Source: Octopus sinensis
Taxonomy: Eukaryota
Direction: 5' to 3'
Assembly: GCF_006345805.1 (NCBI RefSeq)
Contig: NW_021824176.1
Coordinates: forward strand, 1 to 19,760
DNA: 19,760 nt
Below the pieces are notes generated by a model. It was not told the DNA's origin. It worked only from the letters and a program-made list of their open reading frames with translations, and ran no database searches. The position numbers were made by a program, and so were the translations under genes. Positions within the stretch are counted from its first letter, which is position 1. Each line of letters opens with the position of its first letter. Positions 8,458 to 18,942 of this stretch are shown piece after piece.

Positions 8458-9479
8458 CTGAATATTTCATCATATTTCCATGATAATGGATGATACTGTG
8501 GGTTGAACAAACATATATCAAATAACTTAGTTGCTTTTGATCTGTCTCATCTCACATAAAACGTTACTAAAATACTTATTTGGAAAGAGTCCAAGTTTTC
8601 TCTATTTCTTTGTTGATGTTCTAAGCTTTTACATCTTAAATCAAGTAAACATTCAGAAATACGCAATTGTGCTCGGTTTTTATTGTTATTGCTTATGTTT
8701 ATCCCTAGAGATGCAATGAAACGCATTCAAACCGCCTGTATTTAGATATTATATTTAATGTCACTTTTTTAAAACGAGATAAAATTGGCTACTCTTTCTA
8801 GCAACGTAGAATGTCCCTAGTTTATTCGTGTACTTTTTGGAGTGAATTTTTCACTGACCATAAAATAGTTAGTGCCTTTGAATCCATCAACAATTTTCAA
8901 TACACTCAATAATATTTCGTTAATATTTTAAGTAGAAATACTCTGTGGAGAATTCTGCGTTGGTTTCCTATACCATCTGTTCAATACTAAGTCGTATACA
9001 ACACCAATCATCTATATTAGAAGCTAGAGATGATTTACTTTACTCTCTTCATAGTTTTGCCTTGCAATTTGACCATAGCATTTTCAGTTCCTTATATCTT
9101 TTTCATTGGTTAATATTCAAGCTTATGTGTAGTCCTACTTTACATATCGTTGTTGTGCTATGAAAGGATTTTCAACTTCGACATTATTATTAAACAATAT
9201 TATTAAATTATTCAATGTCCTTGCTTTTCCTTTTTACTATTGTTCGTTGCCTGACATTTTTTCAATGTCTCTGAATCGCTTTCCTAACAACGAAGTTAAC
9301 AGTAAAAGAAACTCGCAAAGAAACTAACTAGAAATATAGTAACAAAATACATTTGAAATTTATTCCTGTTTCTCTGAGAACCATTCGCTAAATCCACCTT
9401 CGCTGCTCGAGAAACGTTGCATTTGTTTAATTTAATAGTTAAGTAATTAGTGATCGGTAAAATGAATACCAGACTTAAA

Positions 9480-9572
9480 ATATTTAAATACTAGAATATC
9501 GATATGATCGACAAAAGGTCTTCAAAATGGTACCACAACATGGCCACAGCCTGATAAATGAAACAAGTAAGA
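9480..9572 (+). mobile_element. Degenerate 3' tail of SINE family 2
   Basis: CAACATGGCCACAGCC...TGAAACAAGTAAGAG matches the family-2 tail, whose reverse complement TCTTTTACTTGTTTCAG is seen near 15210. Confidence 0.45.
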
Positions 9573-9776
9573 GTGCAACACTATCCATATGCCTTTATTC
9601 TGTGTTAAATAAAACATTAAATTATTTTAAGAGGATATATTTGGGAGCTTTGCATATAAACATGTCATTGATAGTAGGTTGAGCGTGGTATTGATTCAGT
9701 GAGGAGTTAGTGGACAGGTCTAGACGCGACCTCTTTCTGCTTATTATTATATATGCAAAGGTATTCAAGTGATTAA

Positions 9777-10020
9777 GGCGGTGAGCTGGCAGAAACGTTA
9801 GCACGCCGGGCGAAATGCTGAGCGATATTTCGTCTGCCGCTACGTTCTGAGTTCTGACTTCAAATTCCGCCGAGGTCGACTTTGCCTTTCATCCTTTCGG
9901 GGTCGATTAAATAAGTAACAGTTACGCACTGGGGTCGATATAGTCGACTTAATCCGTTTGTCTGTCCTTGTTTGCCCTCTCTGTGTTTAGCCCCTTGTGG
10001 GTAGTAAAGAAATAGGTATT
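9777..10020 (+). mobile_element. tRNA-derived SINE family 1, young copy (left monomer)
   Basis: A-box-like TGGCAGAAACG at 9787-9797. B-box-like CTTCAAATTCC at 9858-9868, preceded by a 7-bp duplication GTTCTGA. Highly similar to the reverse complement of 13187-13418. Confidence 0.95.
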
Positions 10021-10056
10021 CATGTGATGTGTGTGTGTGTTTGTGCGCGCACACAT

Positions 10057-10130
10057 AACTTGCCTGATGATCCTATGAGTACACCGGCGAAGCTCTTGAG
10101 GTGCAAGGAATTGACATGACCAAAATAAAA
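10057..10130 (+). mobile_element. Decayed HHR-bearing Penelope-like terminus, family 3
   Basis: AACTTGC-CTGATGA-T-(cctatgagtacaccggc)-GAAG-CTCTTGAG-GT-GCAAG...GACCAAAATAAAA. Stem I CTTGC/GCAAG is perfect, but A15.1 and the UH site are mutated. Homologous to 16932-17006. Confidence 0.55.
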
Positions 10131-10272
10131 ATGTTATTAATCTCTACTTTGACATTGAGTACTCTAATATATACATGCAGATATGACAGAAGTGAATGGA
10201 AACCCTTATCGTCAACATTTATTTAAATCTGAAGCTATACATTCAAATTATTTATTATTATAATGTGAATAT

Positions 10273-11105
10273 CTAATATTTAGTAGACATGCCCATTGCA
10301 TTTTTCAATGTAAGGACCCTATTAGGCATGTTACTGATCAGATAACGAATATTCTCTTGAGGAATTTCTTGCCAAGTTTCATGCAGTAATCTCAAAAGAT
10401 CTGACTTTGAGGATGCTTTCTTTTTCTTTTTACGAAGTGTCCTGTCCATTATGCCCCAGAGATGTTCAATAGGTTTCATATCTGGTGACTGGCTTAACCA
10501 TGGAAGCTTTTAAATGTCATGCTCTTCAAACCAATCTTGGGTATTTTTAGCCATGTACCAAAAAGTTTTCTTTAATCCCTGGAGAAGATTAGAAGGAGTC
10601 CCTTCTGTAATATGGACACATATTTATCTGAGTTTATGTTTCCTTCACACTCCACCAGCTCTGATTGACCATTGCTCCAAATTGCTCCCCAGATCATCAC
10701 AGAATAGCCGCCGTGTTTCATTATGGCTGCAATCTTTTCACGTCAAATTCTTGATCACAGACTTTCCAGACCTTCACTGTCAGAAAATACAGCAAATCTG
10801 GACTCGTCAGAGAATATGACAATGTCCCAAAATACTAGTGGCCTCTCCGCCATCTCACTCGCCCAATCATTTAGGTCAAAGGCCTTGCAACGAGGATTAT
10901 CCTTCACACTTCTTTTAACAAAGTAAAGGGTCCTGTCAGAAGGCCCTGGGCGAGGTAATGTAGACTCCTTTCCTTCTCTGGTGAATTACACAATCACCCT
11001 ATTAACTATAGAAAGCGGGATCCCAAGGTTTTCTGCGATTTTACGCTGAGACCACTTTCAGATTGATCCAATATAGTGGTGTGATTAAACAGTCACATGT
11101 AGAGC
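10273..11105 (-). pseudogene. Decayed Tc1-family (DD34E) transposase
   Basis: Minus strand: HTH region WSQRKIAENLGIPLSIVNRVIV, WDIVIFSDESRF (10794-10814 = FSDESRF), MKHGGYSVMIWGAIW, and KLPWLSQSPDMKPIEHLW (catalytic E). It has stops, frameshifts and two internal deletions, one removing the second catalytic D. Confidence 0.9.
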
Positions 11106-11211
11106 CTGAAGAATAAAAATGTCAATTAATAGAGAATATAAACCTTTCAAGTTAAAATAACATAAAACGATGATTTATAGTCTGTCTATTTACTTCTGTT
11201 GTATCTGTGTG

Positions 11212-11215
<4 letters not shown>

Positions 11216-11262
<47 letters not shown>

Positions 11263-11331
11263 GATATATATATATAATATATATATATTATTATTATTAT
11301 TATTATCATTATTATTATTATTATTATTATT
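11216..11331. repeat. (TA)n followed by (TAT)n microsatellite
   Basis: Direct. Confidence 0.9.
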
Positions 11332-11416
11332 AGGGAAGATTAATTCCAAGTCCACAGGAATGAGACGTTCAAATTAAAGGTACTAAGGTGAACTTCTCTC
11401 AATATTTTATTCATAA

Positions 11417-11654
11417 TATAAAAGTAGTTTTAGAGACAGAATACCCTCAACTCAACCAACGTTGAAAAATATTATACCCGACTGAGCCATCAAATATTAA
11501 ATATGATACGTACTATATCTATAATAGAAAGTATGGGATTCTGAATAGATATAGTACGTATCATATTTAATATTTGATGGCTCAGTCGGGTATAATATCT
11601 TTCAATGTTGATTGAGTTGAGGGTGATTCTGTCTCTAGAACGAACTACTTATAT
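11417..11654. repeat. 238-bp fold-back / MITE-like palindrome with ~105-bp arms
   Basis: The inner 54 bp (11469-11522 against 11545-11598) are a perfect inverted repeat. The loop is 22 nt (11523-11544). The outer arms have a few substitutions and small indels. TA-rich flanks. Confidence 0.9.
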
Positions 11655-11873
11655 ATATATAATCCGTTCTGTCTGTCTGTGTGTGTATCTTCTAGGATCT
11701 CGGGCATCCTCCATCCGATTGCGCTCAAATTTGATATGTAGATGCCGACGGTATCAGGGCGCGTATAAGTCTTGAAAAAATTACAAAAATCGATTCCAGG
11801 TGAGAATGCGATCGATATAGCCGTGGGAACGTGCATTTGTACGCGCAAGTACATCAGCTGTTGCAAGCTGATG
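11650..11873 (+). mobile_element. Probable non-autonomous Helitron-like (rolling-circle) element fragment
   Basis: Starts TATATATATAATCCGTTCTGTCTGTCTG and contains ATCCGATTGCGCTCAAATTTGATATGTAG, reminiscent of invertebrate non-autonomous Helitrons. An 8-bp hairpin CATCAGCT/AGCTGATG lies at 11852-11873. No clear CTRR terminus. Confidence 0.45.
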
Positions 11874-13018
11874 CAAATTTTCTCAAAACAACTTGTCCGA
11901 CCGTCCCATAGGCCGCCTCTTTGAGAAACACTGATTTAACCTAAATTTGAGACACCAGCCAAAGAAGAAATGAAGATAGACTTTTTTTCTATTCCAACTC
12001 AGCACCGTCCATTGGAAGGGGGCGTTTTGCTCGTGTATATATATATATATATATATGGTATTTGTTTGTGACTTTACGAAAAAAAAATTGTAAGTGTCAG
12101 TCTAGATAGAGTCTGTTCTTTATTGTGTTGGGAAACGGGGCTATTTTCTGTTACCTAAAAATTTTCCTGTGATGATACACTTTAGGACATAACAATTCTA
12201 CTCATCACTGTCTGAGAAAATAGACTGTTGAGAATGGTTATCTAACGTCTCCGCGTGTAGATGGATGTGTAAGTGAGTGTGTTTCTGTGTTTGTACTTCT
12301 GAGTAAATATGTGTTTATTTGTGTGTGTACACACATATATACATACACAAACATAAATGTAAGAATGTAGTTGCATTTATGCAAATGCAACTTCTTGACT
12401 AGGTCTATATACTTATCACAATGCAAATTCCCCTCAAAAAATCCGTTTCTTTTCTCTTGTTTATTTTAATTTTTGCCTCAGTAGAAAACAACAAGCAATT
12501 ATTTAACGATTGCGCATAACGGGACGATAAAAATAAGAAGTCCACACAGTAAACGAATAAAAAAGTAATCTTGACATTAAATTCATACCGGAAGAGTCAG
12601 TTGAATAATGGTTGCAATGTGATTTCTCGCAAGTTAAACATGTTTGAAAAGCTATCAATGACACTGGACAAAAATTCCTACGTTTCCTGCTGTCGTGATT
12701 GCCGTATTCACAGCATGAGTATAAGACTAAGAAATTGTAGTGGAATCTAAGTGGAATTCTTCATGAAAGAAGACCGAATGTAATACAAGCCCACGTCTTA
12801 TACAACACTTTTCTTTATAAAATATAATGGTTCATTTTTTAAATGTAAAAATTATCTTGGTGTTTACATCAGCTTTAAGATTTGATGAAAATGAACCAAG
12901 GAAGGAACCGCTGTCTGGTTGCCCGACAGGCAAGAAATAGCAGTTAAATACTCTTCATATTACAGTTTACTGTTAAATTAAATCTGACGAATTAGAAAAT
13001 GTACTCCGAATACAATAT

Positions 13019-13418
13019 TCTTTTCTACTCTAGGCACAAGGCCCGAAATTTTGGGGGAGGGGGCCAATCAATTAGATAGACCCCAGTACGCAACTGGTAT
13101 TTAATTTATCGAATCCCCGAAAGGATGAAAGGCAAAGTCGACCTCGGTGGAATTAGAATTCAGAACGTAAAGACAGACGAAATACCTATTTCCTTACTAG
13201 CCACATGGCGATAAACACAGAGAGGACAAACAAGGACAGACAAACGGATTAAGTCGATTATATCGACCCCAGTGCGTAACTGGTACTTATTTAATCGACC
13301 CCGAAAGGATGAAAGGCAAAGTCGACCTCGGCGGAATTTGAACTCAGAAACGTAACCGTAGACGAAATACCGCTAAGCATTTCGTCCAGCGTGCTGTCGT
13401 TTCTGCCTGCTCGCCGCC
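13019..13418 (-). mobile_element. Dimeric tRNA-derived SINE family 1
   Basis: The left monomer with the tRNA head (13187-13418) is fused to a headless right monomer (13019-13186). The ~90-bp core is duplicated at 13079-13169 and 13265-13356. Confidence 0.9.
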
Positions 13419-14451
13419 TTGAGAAACAAGAAAATTGCAGCAAAGCTGCTTGATATCGGTGTCAGACGTACATGCACACCATTGCATAACTCGTTATTTT
13501 CTCCTCTTCCATTTTACTTTGACATATGCATTACGTTTTTACTCTTCTCCACCGTTTTATGAATTCAGTGTACACATGCACATTCCGTGTTCATACTTCT
13601 GATTCTGGTTCCTAATCAAAATCATTTATATATCACAACCATCTCACGAACTCACGCTCGTGAAGAACGCTTCGCGCTTCGATGGTGGTGAAAAAAAAAA
13701 AAGCACTGCAGTAATGCTGTGAACATGGTAACAAATGAGTGAAAACGCATGCAACCAACTGAACGCAAACAACTGCTTCCATCCGTATCACTCATACCAC
13801 AATACACCACGAAAATCCAAAGCACATATTGCGTGTTTAGACTTAATAGGCATTGCTTGTGTATGTTGCTAAGTTGAGATTTATTCGGTATTTCTATTTT
13901 ATTTTTGTTATTCACTTTTTTTCGGAGTCTTGAAAATCTCGTTAATGTGGAAAGTTGTAAAATGGACCATCGTAAAACGGGACTTACCTCTATATATAGT
14001 TTCATGTAAAGGAATACATAAATTTTATTACATGTATTGAATACATCCCCAACATATGTCACGCACACCGACGCACACAGACTCGCACGCACACATACCA
14101 CAAAAAAATACACATATACGCATTTTCCTGTATATGTTTGAGTAAGTTAAGTGTGTGGTTTATGATTTTCCGTTCGAAAACATTAACAGTGCTCAATAAA
14201 CAGCTGCAAGAAAGTGTGTTGAACGTAACGTGTATATGTGAAATTATATAGTAATAACTATAGCATTAAATCCATTATATGGCTTCACGGTGGTATCGGG
14301 TTGATGTTATTTTGTTCCTTTTTATCCGAGGGGATTTTCTTGATTCCTAAGCGGATCATCGACATCAACTCAAATTAACAAGCATCCGGATACTAATTTC
14401 AAGCCATATAAATGACATACTTAACTTTCTTATAACTACGCTCTCAGACAG

Positions 14452-14530
14452 TTGGAGTGACAGAACCGGCAAAGAGTCGGGCAAAATATCTACTGGTATC
14501 TCGCCGAATTCAACTTTGCTTTTCGTCTTC
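14452..14530 (+). mobile_element. Degenerate, internally deleted SINE family 1 fragment
   Basis: GGAGTGACAGAACCG...GTCGGGCAAAATATCTACTGGTATCTCGCCGA..TCAACTTTGCTTT follows the family-1 head and body order. Confidence 0.45.
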
Positions 14531-14590
14531 AACTACGCCATTTTTTCAACTGTTTTGAGCACTTTCAACTTCGCAACCTACATACACACA

Positions 14591-14640
<50 letters not shown>

Positions 14641-14659
14641 ACGCACACACACACATATC

Positions 14660-14854
14660 CTTTTATCTTTTACTTGTTTAAGTCGAAGAGATTTTAGTCG
14701 AATGAATCAACGCTAGTAATTATTATTATTATTTTGTTAAACCAAGTACTTATTCTATTGGATACTTTTTGTCGAACCGCTAGTTTACGGGAGTATAAAC
14801 ACACAAACATCGATGGTCAGCGGTGGGAGGGGACAAACAGGCACGCATACACAC

Positions 14855-14924
<70 letters not shown>

Positions 14925-15103
14925 GTATATATACATACATACGACTGGCTTCTTTCAGTTTCCCTTTACCAAATCCACTCATAAGGCTTTGGTCGGCCCG
15001 AGACAATAGTTGAAGACACTTGCCCAAGATGTCACCAGTGGGACAGAAACCAGAACTATGTGCTTGAGAAGCAAGTTTCTTATCACTCAGTCACGCCTGG
15101 ACC
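14660..15103 (-). mobile_element. tRNA-derived SINE family 2 (CORE-like), with internal (CA)n
   Basis: Minus-strand head CAGGCGTGACTGAGTGATAAGAAAC, CORE-like CTTGGGCAAGTGTCTTC, GGGCCGACCAAAGCC, GGAAACTGAAAGAAGCC, an internal microsatellite, and tail AACAAGTAAAAGATAAAAG. Assignment to named octopus SINEs (OR-type) is tentative. Confidence 0.85.
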
Positions 15104-15106
15104 TAT

Positions 15107-15200
<94 letters not shown>
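15107..15200. repeat. (AGAT)n microsatellite
   Basis: Direct: about 23 perfect units. Confidence 0.95.
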
Positions 15201-15202
<2 letters not shown>

Positions 15203-15203
15203 A

Positions 15204-15393
15204 CTTTTATCTTTTACTTGTTTCAGCCATTGGACTACCACTATACTGGAACACAGCCTTGAAGGGCTTCTTTTAGTTTTCGCCATCAAATACCCTAACA
15301 AGGCTTTAGTTGGGCTGGGGCTAGGGTAGAAGACTGAACCCGAAATCATGTGGTTGAGAAGTAAACTTCTTACAACAGACCCACGCCTGCACC
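15204..15393 (-). mobile_element. SINE family 2, internally deleted copy
   Basis: Head GGTGCAGGCGTGGG...AACCACATGATTTCGGGTTCAGTC joined to AAAGCCTTG...AAGAAGCCC and tail ATGGCTGAAACAAGTAAAAG. Confidence 0.8.
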
Positions 15394-15397
15394 CATC

Positions 15398-15409
15398 TGT
15401 GTGTGTGTG

Positions 15410-15469
<60 letters not shown>
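15398..15469. repeat. (GT)n microsatellite
   Basis: Direct. Confidence 0.95.
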
Positions 15470-15471
<2 letters not shown>

Positions 15472-15494
15472 TGCTCTTGATACAACTACGGACG

Positions 15495-15570
15495 AAGTTC
15501 TTCACCATAAGTCGCCTTGGGTTGACCAGCAACAGAGTCGAATTTGGTAGATGGGAGCTGTGCAAAAGTA

Positions 15571-15575
<5 letters not shown>
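15495..15575 (+). mobile_element. Degenerate SINE family 2 internal fragment
   Basis: TTCTTCACCATA...CCTTGGGTTGACCA...GAATTTGGTAGATGGGAGCTG aligns with the family-2 body. Confidence 0.45.
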
Positions 15576-15605
<30 letters not shown>

Positions 15606-16145
15606 TAGAGAGGAGAGAGAGAGAGGAGAGAGAGAGAGGGAGAGAGAGACTAGGAATGTGTAAGTATATATATGTATGTATATTATTTTTGTATAGATAA
15701 GCGCTTGTGTTCACTAAAGAGATATAACGAAGTAACTAGATACAAGAATTAGAGTTTATAGTTTTCCTTTTCAAGACGAAACTCCGTGAGTTTAATGTTT
15801 CCTACCGTTGGGTAACTTGAAACTTGTAGTTTTAACTTGTGAAGTTTCGACTTGAAAATAATAAATGTACGTGTGTGTATGTGTGTGTGTGTGTGTGCGT
15901 GTATGTGTGTGTGTGTGTGTATGCGTGTGTGTGTGTTGTGTGTGTGTTGTGTGTGTGTGTGTGATATGTGTGTGATGTATATCTATACGTATATTAGGTA
16001 GACAGATAATTATATGTGGGGTTGCATGTGTGTATATTTATATGTATAATTACTTTTAGGGCTATATGTGTATATGTACATGTTTATATATGCACGAGAA
16101 TATATGCAAGTATGCAGACATACATATATACATACATGCATGCAC

Positions 16146-16244
16146 TACATACATACATACATACATACATACATACATACATACATACATACATACATAC
16201 ATACATACATACATACATACATACATACATACATACATACATAC
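16146..16244. repeat. (CATA)n microsatellite
   Basis: Direct: about 24 units. Confidence 0.95.
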
Positions 16245-16839
16245 TTATATACATACGAGTGTGTGTGTGAGTAGGTAAGTACGATCGAGGGATCCGAGTG
16301 TAGAAAGTTAGTAAGCTTCAAGCAATAGGCGGCAGTTAGTATAGAGAACAAAAGAGTGGGCAGTACACAATGGAATAAATATTTAGTATCTTAAGTTACA
16401 CACTGCTTTCCATATCGAAGTTTAAAAGGAATTCCAAGAAGCTAATTGTTTCCATGCAATTCCCAGTTTACCAAGTAATGCTGCTAAAAATATAAGGAGT
16501 GAAACAAGTAGAGTATAAGCTGGAATTGTTTCATAACTCGCTGATGTCCCTTATGTATGTCGTTATGCAATGAACACTGCTCAGCGTAGCTAATCCTCAG
16601 GCCAAGTCACCTCAACGGAATTTACAGTGTCTCAGAAAGTAAACAAATAGTCTACAAGCTAGCCACAGATAATGGTCAGTCGAACAGAACACAGGCATAA
16701 AGTAAGGGAGGAGCGTTCATTGCGTAACGACTTACATAATGAACGTCATAATGAAATCTGCATCGGTTGTTCCAAGAGCGTTTGGATACTTAACCAGAAC
16801 AGATCATCAGGGAACACTTTGTGGTATTAAGTTAGAACT

Positions 16840-16890
<51 letters not shown>

Positions 16891-16949
16891 TGTATGTTCC
16901 TGTATGTATGTGGTGTGTGTGTGTGCACATATATTATTTTGGTCGAGCT

Positions 16950-17006
16950 ACTCACTTTTCTACTCAGAGTTTCACCTGTGAGTACACAGTTATCTTCAGG
17001 CAAGTT
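16950..17006 (-). ncRNA. Minimal type I hammerhead ribozyme motif, family 3 (core intact, stem I eroded)
   Basis: Minus strand: AACTTGC-CTGAAGA-T-AACTGTG-TACT-CACAGGT-GAAA-CTC-T-GAG-TA-GAAAAGT, then GACCAAAATAA. Stem II has 6 of 7 bp. Stem III is palindromic. The stem I 3' strand GAAAAG probably derives from GCAAG, as in the 10057 homologue. Confidence 0.65.
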
Positions 17007-17170
17007 AACCATCTTATTGTTTACTTCTTGTTCCGACAGTTAACATTATATATGTATATATGCATGTATGAATATATCTGTATGTGTGTGACCGTGTGTG
17101 AATATATATAACTGCACGTTTATTCGAAAGTTATGTCGAAACTAGATCAACTACTATAATCCGAGCATAA

Positions 17171-17385
17171 GGCGGCGAACTGGTAGAATCGTAAGAGTGT
17201 CGGATAATATGATTAGTGACAGTTTTTCCCTGTTTATGTTCTGAGTTCGAATTCCACAAGGTCGTCTTTATCATCCTTCCTTTCAGGGTCGATAAAATAA
17301 GTACCATTTAAGCACTGGAGCCCATGTAATCGACTTCATCCCTCCTCTAAAACTTCTGGCTTCGAACCAAAATTTGAAATCATTA
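17171..17385 (+). mobile_element. tRNA-derived SINE family 1, diverged copy
   Basis: Head GGCGGCGAACTGGTAGAATCG, B-box-like GAGTTCGAATTCC, body GGGTCGATAAAATAAGTACC. Confidence 0.85.
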
Positions 17386-17473
17386 TAATCCTTGTATGTT
17401 TTCCTCCAAGTCTCCCTCCTCATTTTCCCTTGGATTATCTCCCGCTGAATGAAAATTTAAGAACATATTTCAC

Positions 17474-17730
17474 ATGAAGATAAAAATTCAGATCTCATTT
17501 AGTCTCTTCTTTCTCTATCACTCTCTTTTCCTCTTTATCTCTCTGGAATTTGTATTTTCCATTCAGTTTCTTTGCTTCTCCCGTTTCCTCAAGATGGTTT
17601 CCCTCCCTCTAATGCCTCTTTTCTCTATCTCGCTTGTTTCAATTCCTCTCCTTCATCCTCTGTCTATGTAACTTCTTTTCTGTCTCCCTCTTTCTGCTCT
17701 ACTCAATCAGTTTCTCCCACTTTCCTACAC

Positions 17731-17764
<34 letters not shown>

Positions 17765-17880
17765 ACTCTCTCTCTCTCTCTCAATTCATTACATATATTT
17801 CTGCCTATGTCTATGTGATTTATCTCATTTATCTCTCTCTCCTTCTCTTTCTCTCTCCTTCCTTTCCTTTAATTTGTCAT
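17474..17880. repeat. Polypyrimidine low-complexity tract with (CT)n
   Basis: Direct. Confidence 0.85.
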
Positions 17881-18481
17881 TCTTTGTTATATATATTTTT
17901 TAACTTTAGGCCTAATATTTTAATCTTTTCCCTGGAGATATGAAAAGTGTTAGAAGAGATAATTTGTTGAGTCTTGTAAATGTAAGGTTGGTTGCGTTAT
18001 TTTCTGTGTTTTGTGGTTTAATAAATTTGCTTGAAATGGTACTGCACGCAAGTAGTGGACTTCATTTAAGTCATTACGAGAGCTCTTAGGTAGGCGCTCG
18101 ATCTACAAGAATTAGCAATCAAATCTCCGGTAAATCACACACTACTGTTGAAAAAACATAGCAAAGGAGATTTGATAATGTAGTTGTAGACACTCCGGAA
18201 CAGGCAGGGTACTCACGAGTCGTAATGACATCCTTTCATCATAAGTTTGTTTCAATAACAAATTGCTTTACTATAGCTAAAGCCACGCGTTTTTCGGCGT
18301 TTTACTTTTCTCCAAGACGACTATAATATAACATTGTCAAGATGAAACGTGTTTTGAAACGCACAGGTTAAGCTTTCAATTCTACTAAAGGACCTTTTCT
18401 ATGAATTCCATAATTCTCATTGAAACACACATACCCACACATACACCCATCCACACACACATATATAATATGCATGCGTAC

Positions 18482-18524
<43 letters not shown>

Positions 18525-18942
18525 GCACATCACACAAACGTATATAGATATATGCACAGATGCTTACATATACACAAACACACATACATATGTACATACA
18601 TATATACATATACAAAACCACATAACTATACATACAGGTAGGCCCATATATTTATGCACACGCTTCACACACGCATACATACACAAACATCCGTACGCCC
18701 ACATACGTATATTCAGACATATAGATATACAAAGTATCTCACATTCGTACACATGCAAACATAGATATATGCATACACATCGCAACCTGGAATCATAATG
18801 TTATATTATTAACCGCAGAAGAATGGAAACTCCGAATGTAAAGAGCTGCAAAACATACCACGAGCATTTCTCTCAATGGTTTTGCGATTCTACAAATTTG
18901 CAAACTTGTCTAGTAAGATACATGTATGTGTGCATATATGTA

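Noticed and set aside
9777-9870. tRNA gene
   Set aside because: A- and B-box-like motifs are present, but there is no cloverleaf and the sequence continues into a multi-copy SINE body.
10080-10100. TA-CACCGGCG as a possible Tc1 terminal inverted repeat
   Set aside because: No partner TIR was found beyond 11200, and the sequence is better explained as stem II of the decayed family 3 HHR.
11874-11933. Possible tiny hAT-type MITE (right end TTTGAGAAACACTG; left end CAAATTTTCTCAAA, 11/14 match)
   Set aside because: The left terminus is too degenerate and no 8-bp TSD is evident.
13652-14113. 153-aa minus-strand ORF, the longest outside simple repeats
   Set aside because: No recognisable family or motif. 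It starts in CA-repeat sequence and has low-complexity runs, so it is probably a chance ORF.
16601-16674. Possible 74-nt exon (CCTCAG| ... ATG|GTCAGT) encoding PSHLNGIYSVSESKQIVYKLATDN
   Set aside because: Weak polypyrimidine tract, unrecognised peptide and no supporting neighbouring exons.
4778-16969. Family 1 stem III (CUCAGAG) is perfectly complementary to family 3 stem III (CUCUGAG), suggesting cross-family HHR heterodimers
   Set aside because: A dimeric HHR also needs intermolecular stem I pairing, and the stem I strands of the two families (ACTGT/ACAG versus CTTGC/GCAAG) are incompatible.
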